Assembly (NCBI GenBank): GCA_963711905.1
Contig: CAVQFZ010000019.1
Coordinates: forward strand, 12,265 to 76,264
Length of the DNA stretch: 64,000 nucleotides
Source of the DNA: an uncultured Nitrospiraceae bacterium
GTDB taxonomy: Bacteria; Nitrospirota; Nitrospiria; Nitrospirales; Nitrospiraceae
Reading direction: 5' to 3'
Position 1 is the first letter of the stretch. The number at the start of each line of letters is the position of its first letter. The translations under genes were made by a program, and so were the position numbers. Below the pieces are notes generated by a model, which saw nothing but the letters and a program-made list of their open reading frames with translations, had not been told where the DNA came from and did not search any database. This document shows, one piece after another, positions 29,711 through 39,059 of this stretch.

Positions 29711-31180
29711 TTAGAATTTCAAGAGGTGATACCCCCAAGGACTCAGATCCACATAAAGACCGGCATCCCGCATCTGCGTCCCGTCGCGCTCGTAGACCTG
29801 GCCGGTGAACGCGTCGGTGAGCGTCCAGGACCTCCCGCGGGCATCGTCCCAGGGGAGCCGGACCTTTGCCTGCGATTGTTTGTCGGAGAGGTTGACCACG
29901 ACAAGATGACGCAGGTCATCCTTCTGCCAGCACCAGGCCACCACATTCAGGAAGTTCTGATTGTCCGACCATCCGGTCCGTTCGCACAGCCTCCAATCGC
30001 CTTCTTTAAAATCTCTCTCGCGCAGCGACTTGAGCAAAGTCTTGTAGAATGTTTGCAGTTCGGGGTCCGCCTTTTCATCCGGACGACGGCGCAGGAACAC
30101 GGGCGGTCTCACACGACGGCCTTCGAACTGCCCTTCATGGAGCAGTTTGGCTCCCGGCAGGGTCGAGACCGTCACCGCTGCGGTGCGGGCCTTTGCCGAA
30201 CTAAATGTCACGGCGGCCCTCGGCTCGTCATGATTTTCAATGAACCGCACCAGCTTTTCTTGATACACAAGGGCGGCGCAGAGATGGAGCCTCACGCTCT
30301 CAGCCGAATCGTGTTCCAGGCGATCGTACAACCGCTTGTCGTAACAGTAGTCGAACCCCTGCTGTTGTAGTTCCCACTCCAAACCCCAGTAGGCCTCGGC
30401 CATGAACAGCACGTTCGGATGCCGCTTCCTGACCCCGGCGATCACTTCAGGCCAATACTCCATTCGAGGCCTGGCTCCCGCCCTCGACCCCCAGGTCCGC
30501 TCGAAAATGTCATTGATGAGCAACATCGCCATATCGCAGCGCATGCCGTCGCATTGGTTTGCGACGGAGGTGACGGTCTCAATCGCCGCCTGCCGCAATC
30601 CGGCATTGAACGCATTCAATTGGAGGACGTCCGGCCAGGGGGGAAAGTAAGGATCGCGGCCGCAAGCCAACACCTTGTCGCCGGCACGGATGAAGTCCGC
30701 CGGCTTTTGCGCCAGATCCTCCGCGCTGCCCTGAATGAAGTATTCGGGATGCTCCGTCGCCCAGGGATGATCCGGCGCGACGTGATTGGGAACGAAATCC
30801 AACATCAGCTTCATGCCCCGGTCCGCCAGCACCTTTCTGGCATGGGCAAGCCCGTCAGGACCTCCCAATTGGTCGTCCACCACATAGCGCCGCACGCAAT
30901 AGGGCGAGCCGACGTTGTCCTCTGGACTAAAATCAGAGAGCGCCCGGCTGAAATCAGTCAGGAGGCCCTCATTCTTCATCGAAATTGCGATGCCTGCGAG
31001 GCTGCGCTCCCACACGCCCATGAGCCAGACTGCGTCGAACCCGTAGGAGGCGATCGCGTCCCATTCTTTATCGGGCACCGTGGCGAGCGATACCGGCTTT
31101 CGGTACCGCTCGCTCAGTTCATGCAACCAGACCCAGGTGTTGATCTCATAGATCGTCGGAAATTTCGGCCATGGTTTCAT
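29711..31180 (-). CDS. GH13 alpha-amylase family glycosidase
   Basis: Conserved regions DFVPNH, GMRCDMAML, AEAYW and ENHDE. Confidence 0.92.
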   Translation of the reverse strand: MKPWPKFPTIYEINTWVWLHELSERYRKPVSLATVPDKEWDAIASYGFDAVWLMGVWERSLAGIAISMKNEGLLTDFSRALSDFSPEDNVGSPYCVRRYVVDDQLGGPDGLAHARKVLADRGMKLMLDFVPNHVAPDHPWATEHPEYFIQGSAEDLAQKPADFIRAGDKVLACGRDPYFPPWPDVLQLNAFNAGLRQAAIETVTSVANQCDGMRCDMAMLLINDIFERTWGSRAGARPRMEYWPEVIAGVRKRHPNVLFMAEAYWGLEWELQQQGFDYCYDKRLYDRLEHDSAESVRLHLCAALVYQEKLVRFIENHDEPRAAVTFSSAKARTAAVTVSTLPGAKLLHEGQFEGRRVRPPVFLRRRPDEKADPELQTFYKTLLKSLRERDFKEGDWRLCERTGWSDNQNFLNVVAWCWQKDDLRHLVVVNLSDKQSQAKVRLPWDDARGRSWTLTDAFTGQVYERDGTQMRDAGLYVDLSPWGYHLLKF

Positions 31181-31239
31181 CCCTCACTCCAAGCTGAACT
31201 TGGCTTCACAGCCTGTGATACCAATGATTGATCCGTTAT

Positions 31240-31956
31240 CTATTTCAATAACTTCTCCGCCGCCTCTCGAAGGTCGATCGATTTCGGATTGCCGACTTCC
31301 TTCTTCACAATGATGTCCGTCGGCCGCACGTCTTTGCCGTAGTAGGCCTTATTGCTGTCGTTGGAGATGGTCACCATCGATCCGTCCAGGGCAATCCCGG
31401 CAAAGGCCCCTTTCTTTTTCGCATAGGCCACCATATCGGCCGTGATGCCTTTCGCCGATGTGCCGGCGCCGACCGGACCGACGGCCACTCCGACATTGGC
31501 CCCGAGCTTGAAGTCGTTGGTGTAGAACTGCTCCAGCCCTTTCTGCGTCCTCACCACCATGACAATTTCGGAAACATCGGCTCCGACCTGCAGGCCAAAG
31601 CTCGCCGATCCCATGTTGTAGAAGAGCGGATCGGACCACTTCCCGGTTTGCTCGTCCCGCGCGATCAGGATGCCGCTCCCGCCCGCGCCCCCGAACATGA
31701 AGGCGCCGCGCATGAATGACGGGACGAGGAACAGCCCCTTGGCATCTTCGCCGAGTTGTTTGATCGATCCTTTCAACCCGCCGTCGGCTGTGAACCCCTC
31801 CAACGTCATCTTGGCCTTGTCCACGAGCTGCTGTTGCTGGGAGAAATCCTCAGTGCGGGCGGTGACAGGCATGAGCGAAACAAGACGGGTCAGGACCGCC
31901 GCTACCAACGTCCCTCCCGTTCGTCTTCCCGGATGGTTGTCGATTGAAGCAGACAT
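31240..31956 (-). CDS. SYLF domain protein, paralog 4
   Basis: GGAGGSGILIARD..WSDPLFYNMGSASFGLQVG..AYAKKKGAFAGIALDG. Confidence 0.9.
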   Translation of the reverse strand: MSASIDNHPGRRTGGTLVAAVLTRLVSLMPVTARTEDFSQQQQLVDKAKMTLEGFTADGGLKGSIKQLGEDAKGLFLVPSFMRGAFMFGGAGGSGILIARDEQTGKWSDPLFYNMGSASFGLQVGADVSEIVMVVRTQKGLEQFYTNDFKLGANVGVAVGPVGAGTSAKGITADMVAYAKKKGAFAGIALDGSMVTISNDSNKAYYGKDVRPTDIIVKKEVGNPKSIDLREAAEKLLK

Positions 31957-32140
31957 GGAAACTTCTTCTGTTAGGGTTGCGATATACGACTGCGTTGTTT
32001 CAGCGCCTCAGCCGATCCGGCCGGCGGATACTGCAGTCCATGATGCTGATCACTGAGCATGTACCGAAGGTGAGACCGCGTACACGTCCATCGCGGCGGC
32101 TCGAACGAAGGTCCATAAGGACAGCGCTCAAACAGGCAAG

Positions 32141-32171
32141 GAGCCGGGCGCAATTTACCTGCGCCCGGCTC
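32141..32171 (-). terminator. 12-bp perfect hairpin, possible terminator or processing site between the Spy-like and SYLF genes
   Basis: gagccgggcgca-atttacc-tgcgcccggctc, with a weak U-tract. Confidence 0.5.
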
Positions 32172-32215
32172 TCCACCTCATGCGGTTCGGACGGGCATGC
32201 CGCCGTCCACTGCGG

Positions 32216-32689
32216 CTAGTAGGTCAACGGAATGGCCTTGGCCAACTCGAAGTTCACGATCGCCCGAACCTTGTTTTCGATCTGAATGTAGCGTGCCGTC
32301 TTGGACCAAGGCAGCACTTTGCTGATCTTATCGGCATAGGTGCGTTTCAGTTTCATTTCGGATTCCTGGGCCGACAGCGCATCGCCCATGAGCTTCTTCG
32401 CCGTGTTGTCCTCGACCGGACCCTTATTGAAGGCATCCGCATACTCTTTGATCGTGTTTCCCAGGGTCTGATTAATCTTGCCGAGTTCTTTTTGATATTC
32501 GTCGTACAGCGGCCAGAAGGCCTTCGCTTCCGCGTCGGTGAGATTCATGTTCGAAGAGACCAGCAACTTTTTATCGGCCTTCACCTTCTGCATCATGATT
32601 TCCATGTTGGTGTCGGTTGCGCTCTGCGCAAATGCCGGCGCGGCAATGAATACGGTAATGGCCAGAATGATCGGTGTGAATACTCGCAT
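32216..32689 (-). CDS. Exported Spy/CpxP-like helical protein, paralog 3
   Basis: MRVFTPIILAITVFIAAPAFA signal peptide; VKADKKLLVSSNMNLTDAEAKAFWPLYDEYQKEL. Confidence 0.75.
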   Translation of the reverse strand: MRVFTPIILAITVFIAAPAFAQSATDTNMEIMMQKVKADKKLLVSSNMNLTDAEAKAFWPLYDEYQKELGKINQTLGNTIKEYADAFNKGPVEDNTAKKLMGDALSAQESEMKLKRTYADKISKVLPWSKTARYIQIENKVRAIVNFELAKAIPLTY

Positions 32690-32948
32690 GCAACACTCTC
32701 CTCTCACAGTATGGGTTAATTGGGGAAAATACGGAATGACTCCTCGCAAGATACCTCTGAACGGGTCGGCCACCGACGGCAGATGACGGTGCGGACGACC
32801 ATCGCGCCGTCATCGGACATCACTCGGGACCTTTTCGATGGAGGATCAGCCGAATCACCATAGCGAATTGCGATAGCCCGGTCAATGGAGAAAAACACAC
32901 ATGCCTGATTTCATGTTCGGACCGGCCGAGGCGCCTGTGAGACCACAG

Positions 32949-33821
32949 CTACAGGACCGCCGCCATGAACCCGCCGGCCGGGATTGCGAGAACGGGACAG
33001 CGAGACTCCCGTAACACCCGCTCGCTGTGGCTTCCGCGCAGCGCATCGAGAAACCCGTTGCGTCCGTCCGTGGTCATCACGATGAGATCCGCATCTGTTT
33101 CCTCCGCGGCCTGATTGATGGCCTCAATCACCTCGCCACTCTTGGTCATTCGGTTCCAGCGCCACCCGGCAACCTCCGGACAAGCCAGCTCCGGCATGGC
33201 CCCTTCCTCACCGACGTGCAGGAGGGTAAACAGGCCGGAATCGCAGTGGAGCCTCGAAACCAGCCTGGCGACGGCATGAACGGCGGGCTGCGCCGAGGGA
33301 ACCGGCGCCACGGGAATCAGGATGTTCTTCAGGGAGATCGACCCATCATTGAGGGACACAAAACCATCCCGGCCCTTGGCAATAAAGAGCGTCATCACCC
33401 GCGACTTGCGGGCGACGCCGGTCGCGACGGATTTGTTGAACCACTGGACCCCGCTTTTGCTCTGGTCGGTCGCCAACACGACGAGGTCTGTGCCGTGCTG
33501 CTCAAGATAGGCCGTAACGGATTCGACCGGGTCGCTGTGAACCATCTGTACTTTTTGGACCTTGATTTCCAGCTTCGACACATCGGCGCGCTCGCTGTTC
33601 TTCGGGAGCAGGCCCCAACGCTCCAGGGTCTCGCGGACTCCTGGAAAGTCAGTCCACGAATCGTCTCGACGGCCCGACACGTGAAGGATGGTCAGCGTGG
33701 CCTTGGCGGTCAGCGCGGCGACCAACGCGTGGGCAAACGCCGCCTGGCCGGCTTCGGAGAAGTCGGACGGATGAACAATGCGTTGGAGAACGGGAACCTC
33801 GAACGAGTTGCTTGGAACCAT
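32949..33821 (-). CDS. Universal stress protein (tandem UspA domains)
   Basis: RIVHPSDFS, DLIVMTTDGRNGFLDALRGSHSERVLRESRCPVLAIP; SD gaggagg. Confidence 0.9.
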   Translation of the reverse strand: MVPSNSFEVPVLQRIVHPSDFSEAGQAAFAHALVAALTAKATLTILHVSGRRDDSWTDFPGVRETLERWGLLPKNSERADVSKLEIKVQKVQMVHSDPVESVTAYLEQHGTDLVVLATDQSKSGVQWFNKSVATGVARKSRVMTLFIAKGRDGFVSLNDGSISLKNILIPVAPVPSAQPAVHAVARLVSRLHCDSGLFTLLHVGEEGAMPELACPEVAGWRWNRMTKSGEVIEAINQAAEETDADLIVMTTDGRNGFLDALRGSHSERVLRESRCPVLAIPAGGFMAAVL

Positions 33822-34027
33822 ATGACCTCCTCGAACAGTCATCTACAGACGATAGAGTTGCGACTCTAACCGAGCATCGTGAGATTTTTCAATACAAGAC
33901 GGAAGACAGTCGCCCTCCGTCACCCGCCATGCCATGTCGGCAACTGCGCCGAGACAGTCTTGAAAATCCTGCCGGCCTCGGATAGAGTCCCGCCGCCCCA
34001 TCCGGTGTTCCAGCGTATGACCAACGC

Positions 34028-35461
34028 ATGACAAGCGTTTCAACCAATCGCCTCGGTTTGGCTCTGCGAGCGACAGGACTGATTCTCTTGGTCGGCACAG
34101 CGAGCGCGTGGGGCGGCTCCATCGTGAACATCCCGAGACCGAACGAGAGACTCATGCCGCCCCCGCCGCCTCCCACCCTGGAGCGCTCGGTGGTCAACAT
34201 GGAGATCAGTCTCTCGGCAGAGGAATTGGCTCTCCTCGTGGATCAAACGTTTCCTCCCATCATCGCCCGTGAGGACGGGTGGAACGATCCCGCCCTGTTG
34301 CCGGGGAGGGATGATCTTCGCTTCCTCTACCGGCTGCATCGGGGCGGTTTTCAGTATCAAATGCAGCAGGACCGGCTCGAGCTGACGTTCAACGACATCC
34401 GATACAGAATCTGGGCCCGCCGGCCAGGAGGGGAGCAGGCCGAGGAGGGACGCTGCGGATATGGGGATGATCCGCCGAAACACATCCAGGTCGTCGCTCA
34501 TACGGCAGTCAGCTGGTCGGATGCCTGGCGGCTCAACCCGCAGACGAGCTTTGATCCTCCGGTCTTTGTCGACGCCTGTCGGCTCCAACCATTGAGCATC
34601 GACGCGACCCCGATGCTGCAGTCCGTCATGCAATCCAGGCTGTCGGCGTTGGCAGAAAAGATCGACCGGAAAATCGACGAGCGCAACGCGGGAAAACAGC
34701 GAGCAGCGGTCATCTGGACGAAGTTGCAAGAGCCGGTTGAACTGGCACCGAACCGATGGCTCGCACTCAACCCTGTCGACGCGCAGGTCGGCCCGGTCGG
34801 CTCCGACGGCGGCTTGCTGATCAAGACCTCGGTCAGCCTGATGATGGAGCCGAAGATCCGCGACGCCAAGCCGCCTGTCGGGGATGAGCCGCTTCCCTCG
34901 CTGAAGATGGCGCCGGCCACGATGGGCGGCTCTCGGTTGCTGTACCCGGTGTTTGTGGACTACCCGACAATCAACGGACGGCTCGAGCGCATGCTCGTCG
35001 GCCAGAACATCGACACGCCGCTTGGGGAGCCGATCACGATCACCGGGGTGGAGCTCTACGGCAGCGGGAACAAATTGATCGTGGCGATCAAGCTGAAGGG
35101 CGGGGTCAACGGCACGCTGTATTCGACTGGCGTTCCCGTATTCGACGAACCAAGTCGATCGATCAGATTCCGGAATCTAGATTTCACGCTGGATACCAAG
35201 AATATGCTGGTGCGCGGGGCGGAGCGTTTCTGGCGCGATACGCTGCTTGAGAAAATGGAGTCGGATATCTTCGTGGATCTGGCCGAGCCTCTGATGCTCA
35301 TGCAGGCCCGGCTCAACGAGGCGCTGACGCGGGAGCTGGCTCCCGGCGCCAGGCTGGAAGGAAAATTCACGAAACTGCTTCCCGCCGGCATCTATCCCGT
35401 CGCCGGAGGCGTTGAGGTGCAGATGATCGCTCAGGGCACCGTGCGGCTGATGCTGCAGTAA
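34028..35461 (+). CDS. DUF4403 family exported protein
   Basis: Signal peptide and LYGSGNKLIVAIKL.GGVNGTLYSTGVPVFD..SIRFRNLDFTLDTKNML. Confidence 0.75.
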   Translation: MTSVSTNRLGLALRATGLILLVGTASAWGGSIVNIPRPNERLMPPPPPPTLERSVVNMEISLSAEELALLVDQTFPPIIAREDGWNDPALLPGRDDLRFLYRLHRGGFQYQMQQDRLELTFNDIRYRIWARRPGGEQAEEGRCGYGDDPPKHIQVVAHTAVSWSDAWRLNPQTSFDPPVFVDACRLQPLSIDATPMLQSVMQSRLSALAEKIDRKIDERNAGKQRAAVIWTKLQEPVELAPNRWLALNPVDAQVGPVGSDGGLLIKTSVSLMMEPKIRDAKPPVGDEPLPSLKMAPATMGGSRLLYPVFVDYPTINGRLERMLVGQNIDTPLGEPITITGVELYGSGNKLIVAIKLKGGVNGTLYSTGVPVFDEPSRSIRFRNLDFTLDTKNMLVRGAERFWRDTLLEKMESDIFVDLAEPLMLMQARLNEALTRELAPGARLEGKFTKLLPAGIYPVAGGVEVQMIAQGTVRLMLQ

Positions 35462-35614
35462 GCGGTGACCTGCCATCATCGCGCTCGCGGAGGAAATAAT
35501 TATGTGGATTGACAAGACTGCCCGGATGCGAATATGACCATACCCGGCATGAGAACATCTGGGTTCGTGGCAGAGTTCGAAACCACATTTACGGCCATGG
35601 TTGTATCAACACTT

Positions 35615-35778
35615 CACCCGCCTGCGTAGGAAGCCACGGTTGTGAGGCCGTGGAGGTAATGAGCAGCGGGTGTCCTCCGAAGCCTTGGCGTAGGAGGACA
35701 TACTTCGGCGAGGTGTCGCCGAAGAACCACAGGAACCACGGCTCCCCGTCCTCCGCAGTAGTCTGCTACGGAGGATGG
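35615..35778 (+). repeat. Cluster of four stem-loops (REP-like units plus a multi-stem element) upstream of a small lipoprotein gene
   Basis: Hairpins at 35615-35672, 35671-35700 (tgtcctcc..ggaggaca), 35703-35724 (cttcggcga..tcgccgaag) and 35746-35778 (ccgtcctccg..cggaggatgg). Confidence 0.7.
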
Positions 35779-35813
35779 ATCAAGCCGTAGGGCTCCACAA
35801 CAGGAGGCTGACA

Positions 35814-36068
35814 ATGCGGATGTCTCGTCTGGGGATGTACACAATCTGTGGGTTCATGATGGTCATGGCCGGCTGCACGACCTACTACTATCGTGTCACC
35901 GACCCGGCCAGCGGGAAGGCCTACTACACAACCAACGTCGACGACAAAGGAAGGTCGGGAGCGGTCAAGATTAAGGACGACAAGAGCGGGAGCTCAGTGA
36001 CGCTCCAGTCTTCCGAAGTCAGAGAGATTTCAGAGGACGAGTACAAGGCGGCAACCGGCAAGAAGTGA
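35814..36068 (+). CDS. Small lipoprotein (84 aa)
   Basis: SD aggagg, lipobox MAGC, YYRVTDPASGKAYYT. Confidence 0.75.
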   Translation: MRMSRLGMYTICGFMMVMAGCTTYYYRVTDPASGKAYYTTNVDDKGRSGAVKIKDDKSGSSVTLQSSEVREISEDEYKAATGKK

Positions 36069-36322
36069 TGGGCGACGGTTCAGCCTCAGGCGGGGAGTCC
36101 TCACAAACTATGACGTTGAGTAGTGCGTTGCAAAGGCGACCGAAATCTGTTCGTCCGCAACACATTGCACCGATAGATCATATTTTGATATTTCCCGCGA
36201 GGGCGGCGATCGACCCACCATACACACATCTACAGAGAGGGAACCGAATGCACGCATCGGCCCGGTTGTCGGTGATAGTCCAAAGCCTTGCAGGGCTCGC
36301 AGCAGGCATCGGCTGCCAAACG

Positions 36323-37741
36323 ATGCGTAGAGTAGGTCATCTTCTCTTTGCCGCAGCGCTCTCCGTCGGCTTTCTAGGCTGTGAATACGTCCGTCCCACA
36401 CTGAACGCGCCGCTGGCCCAGTGGAACCCCCAGTACGGGTACCGCTACAATAATCTCGCGCCTCCGGAGGAAGGCAACTCCGACAGTCTGTTCGTGGTGG
36501 CGTCCTTTTCCGGGGGCGGCACGCGAGCCTCCGCCCTCGCGTTCGGGGCCTTGCGCGTCCTGGCCCGGCAACCCATTACTTGGGAAGGCAGGGACAAGCG
36601 ACTGCTCGACGAACTGGACGTGATTTATGCGCTGTCCGGCGGGACCTTCACCGGCGCCTACTACGCGCTCTTCGGCGAGCGGATTTTTCACGACTTCGAA
36701 TATCAGTTTCTCCGGAAAGACTGGGAGACCGAGCTGAGACACCGCATTTTGCGCTCGCCGAGTAACTGGTTCCGCCTCTGGTCCCCCTACTTCGGCCGCA
36801 TCCATATCATGTCAGAATTGCTGGACGAGGCGCTCTATGACGGCAAGACCTACGGCGATCTCCTGAACCAGAAGACCAGGCCTGGCTTGCTGATCCATGC
36901 GTCCGATATGGCCACGTTGTCGCGGTTTGAGTTTGGCCAGGTCCAGTTCGACATGTTGTGCTCCGACCTCAGTCAGCTGCCGATCGCTTATGCTTCGGCG
37001 GCCTCGGCGGCGCTACCCCTGGTGTTGAGCCCGATCACGCTCAAAAATTACGCGGGGAGCTGCGGATACCGGCCGCCGGATTGGCTGGAAACGGCCGCTG
37101 GGTCGTCCAAGCCCGTAGCGCGGCAGCGGGCGAAGGAGCTGCTGTCCTACCTGGATATCGAGAAACGCCCCCAGATCCATCTCCTTGACGGAGGCCTCTC
37201 GGACAACATGGCGCTCAGAGGTATCCTGGAGGGCTCCGCTGCGGCGGGGGGGTTGGACCGCGCGATCAAAAACGCCGGAGCCAAGAAGGTCAAGAAGCTG
37301 GTCTTCGTCTCGGTGAACGCTGAAACGAGTCCCGACGTGAGGGAGTACCGCAGCGATCACATCCCCAGCACCTCACGGGTGTTCAGCGCGTTGGTGGACA
37401 TCCCGATCAATCGCTACTCATCGGACACGCTGGCGCTTATGCGGATGGGCGTGGAGAAGTGGCACGAAAAGCTGAGCGCCCGTAAGCTCGCCTCGGCGGG
37501 CAGAGTACTCCGGGGAGGTCCGGAAGACGCCGGTGACAGCCCGTTTACGGAAGGCGCGGATGTGTACTTCATCGATGTGAGTTTGGGTGCCGTGGCCGAC
37601 GTGGAGGAGCAGCAGTATCTTATGAAAATTCCCACGACCCTGTACCTGACCGATGGACAGATCGACCGTCTGCTCTCCGCCGCGACGAAACTGATTCATC
37701 GCGACCCGGAATTTCAGCGGCTGATGCGCGATTTGCAGTAG
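36323..37741 (+). CDS. Patatin-like phospholipase lipoprotein
   Basis: Lipobox FLGC, FSGGGTRA, nucleophile region ALSGG and DGG motif (LLDGGLSDN). Confidence 0.88.
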   Translation: MRRVGHLLFAAALSVGFLGCEYVRPTLNAPLAQWNPQYGYRYNNLAPPEEGNSDSLFVVASFSGGGTRASALAFGALRVLARQPITWEGRDKRLLDELDVIYALSGGTFTGAYYALFGERIFHDFEYQFLRKDWETELRHRILRSPSNWFRLWSPYFGRIHIMSELLDEALYDGKTYGDLLNQKTRPGLLIHASDMATLSRFEFGQVQFDMLCSDLSQLPIAYASAASAALPLVLSPITLKNYAGSCGYRPPDWLETAAGSSKPVARQRAKELLSYLDIEKRPQIHLLDGGLSDNMALRGILEGSAAAGGLDRAIKNAGAKKVKKLVFVSVNAETSPDVREYRSDHIPSTSRVFSALVDIPINRYSSDTLALMRMGVEKWHEKLSARKLASAGRVLRGGPEDAGDSPFTEGADVYFIDVSLGAVADVEEQQYLMKIPTTLYLTDGQIDRLLSAATKLIHRDPEFQRLMRDLQ

Positions 37742-38198
37742 ATGGCGCCATGGACCAACCGGCCACAACGGTCGCCAAGGAGGATGCGATGGAAAAATAG
37801 CGTGCTGTTGACGGCTGCGACGGCGCTTAGTTCTGCTCACTTTGACAGGGTTTCTGGGAGCGAAGGCGGGATGCCGGACGTCATTTCTATGAGGACATGC
37901 ATTGCGAGCACCCACCACGAAGTGAACGGGGAATGAACTCTAACTTTTTCCCTCACATACATCTCTTCATCCGCTAGGAAGGCAACTAGGTTCTTGCTAC
38001 TGGCTCCCTTGCCGAGGTATCCTGAACCATAAGGCGACATGGAACCCAGAACCGTGCGAGAAGATCCACCCCTACTCTGGATGCACAGCGCCCACAACCA
38101 ATGCTTGGGTTCGCAGGAGGCGTTCGCGGCACATACGTGAGGACGAGGCAACACCATCCGAGGGTATCGACCCCTAAATAACAGAAGGAGGAGCGCCG

Positions 38199-38792
38199 AT
38201 GAAGACATTTCGTGTGTCTGTACCAGCCGTTTTGTTAATGGCAGCCATGGCATGTGCGAGTTCCAGTGCTTTGGCAGCCGAGGAGAAGGAGAAGGATTTT
38301 TCGTCCACGCTCGACAAATTCAAATCTTCAGAGCAGGTGAAACCGTTTTTTGAGAATGCGTATGGATATGCGGTCTTTCCCCTCATCGGGAAAGGGGGTC
38401 TGGGGGTCGGCGGTGCATATGGGCAGGGACAAGTCTACCGCGAAGGGAAGGTGACCGGCAAAACAAGGCTGATCAAGCTCTCATTCGGCTTTCAGGCTGG
38501 CGGCCAGGGGTTCTGTGAAATCATCTTCTTCAAAGATCAGCGTGCCTATGATGAGTTTACGAGTGGGGACTTTGCGTTCGACGCCACAGCCTCAGCAGTC
38601 GCCATCACCGCCGGGGCGCAAGCCACGACCGGGACAACAGGAGGATCAGCGGGAATGAGTGCGGGACCGAAATCCGGGGCACAAGTCGGCCTCGGCTACA
38701 CCAAGGGAATGGCTGTCTTTACCCAAGCGATCGGCGGTCTGATGTACGAGGCGGCCATTGGAGGTCAAAAGTTCAGCTTTGAACCCCTCTAA
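38199..38792 (+). CDS. YSC84-related short SYLF protein, paralog 5
   Basis: FENAYGYAVFPLIGKGGLGVGGAYGQG..SFGFQAGGQ..GGLMYEAAIGGQKFSF. Confidence 0.88.
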   Translation: MKTFRVSVPAVLLMAAMACASSSALAAEEKEKDFSSTLDKFKSSEQVKPFFENAYGYAVFPLIGKGGLGVGGAYGQGQVYREGKVTGKTRLIKLSFGFQAGGQGFCEIIFFKDQRAYDEFTSGDFAFDATASAVAITAGAQATTGTTGGSAGMSAGPKSGAQVGLGYTKGMAVFTQAIGGLMYEAAIGGQKFSFEPL

Positions 38793-38815
38793 ACAACCGG
38801 GATTGTGTCATGGAG

Positions 38816-38850
38816 GTGGGCGAGGTGCAGTCGCGGATAACCTCGCCCAC
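38816..38850 (+). terminator. Hairpin downstream of SYLF paralog 5 (copy at 44482-44513)
   Basis: gtgggcgaggt..acctcgcccac, an 11-bp stem. Confidence 0.55.
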
Positions 38851-39059
38851 AAGCCTCTCATCCATCAGCATGGCCTCAAGCCGCTTGCTGCGCTGTCTCT
38901 ACTTCCCCCTCCTAACAGCAACTCGCCATTCCCTCAAATATCAGTAGTTGTTGGATGCAAGCATGAAGTGCGCCGTCCTGCACCCGGGTGTCCTTCGCAT
39001 GAGCCGCTTTGCGACTCCCGGGTCTCACCCCTCCTTCCAGGTAGGAATCTCTCGCTGGA

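Noticed and set aside
35615-35672. Assignment to a known riboswitch or SRP RNA
   Set aside because: Compared from memory with c-di-GMP, glnA, ZTP, fluoride and SRP consensus features; none matched, so it is left as an unassigned structure.
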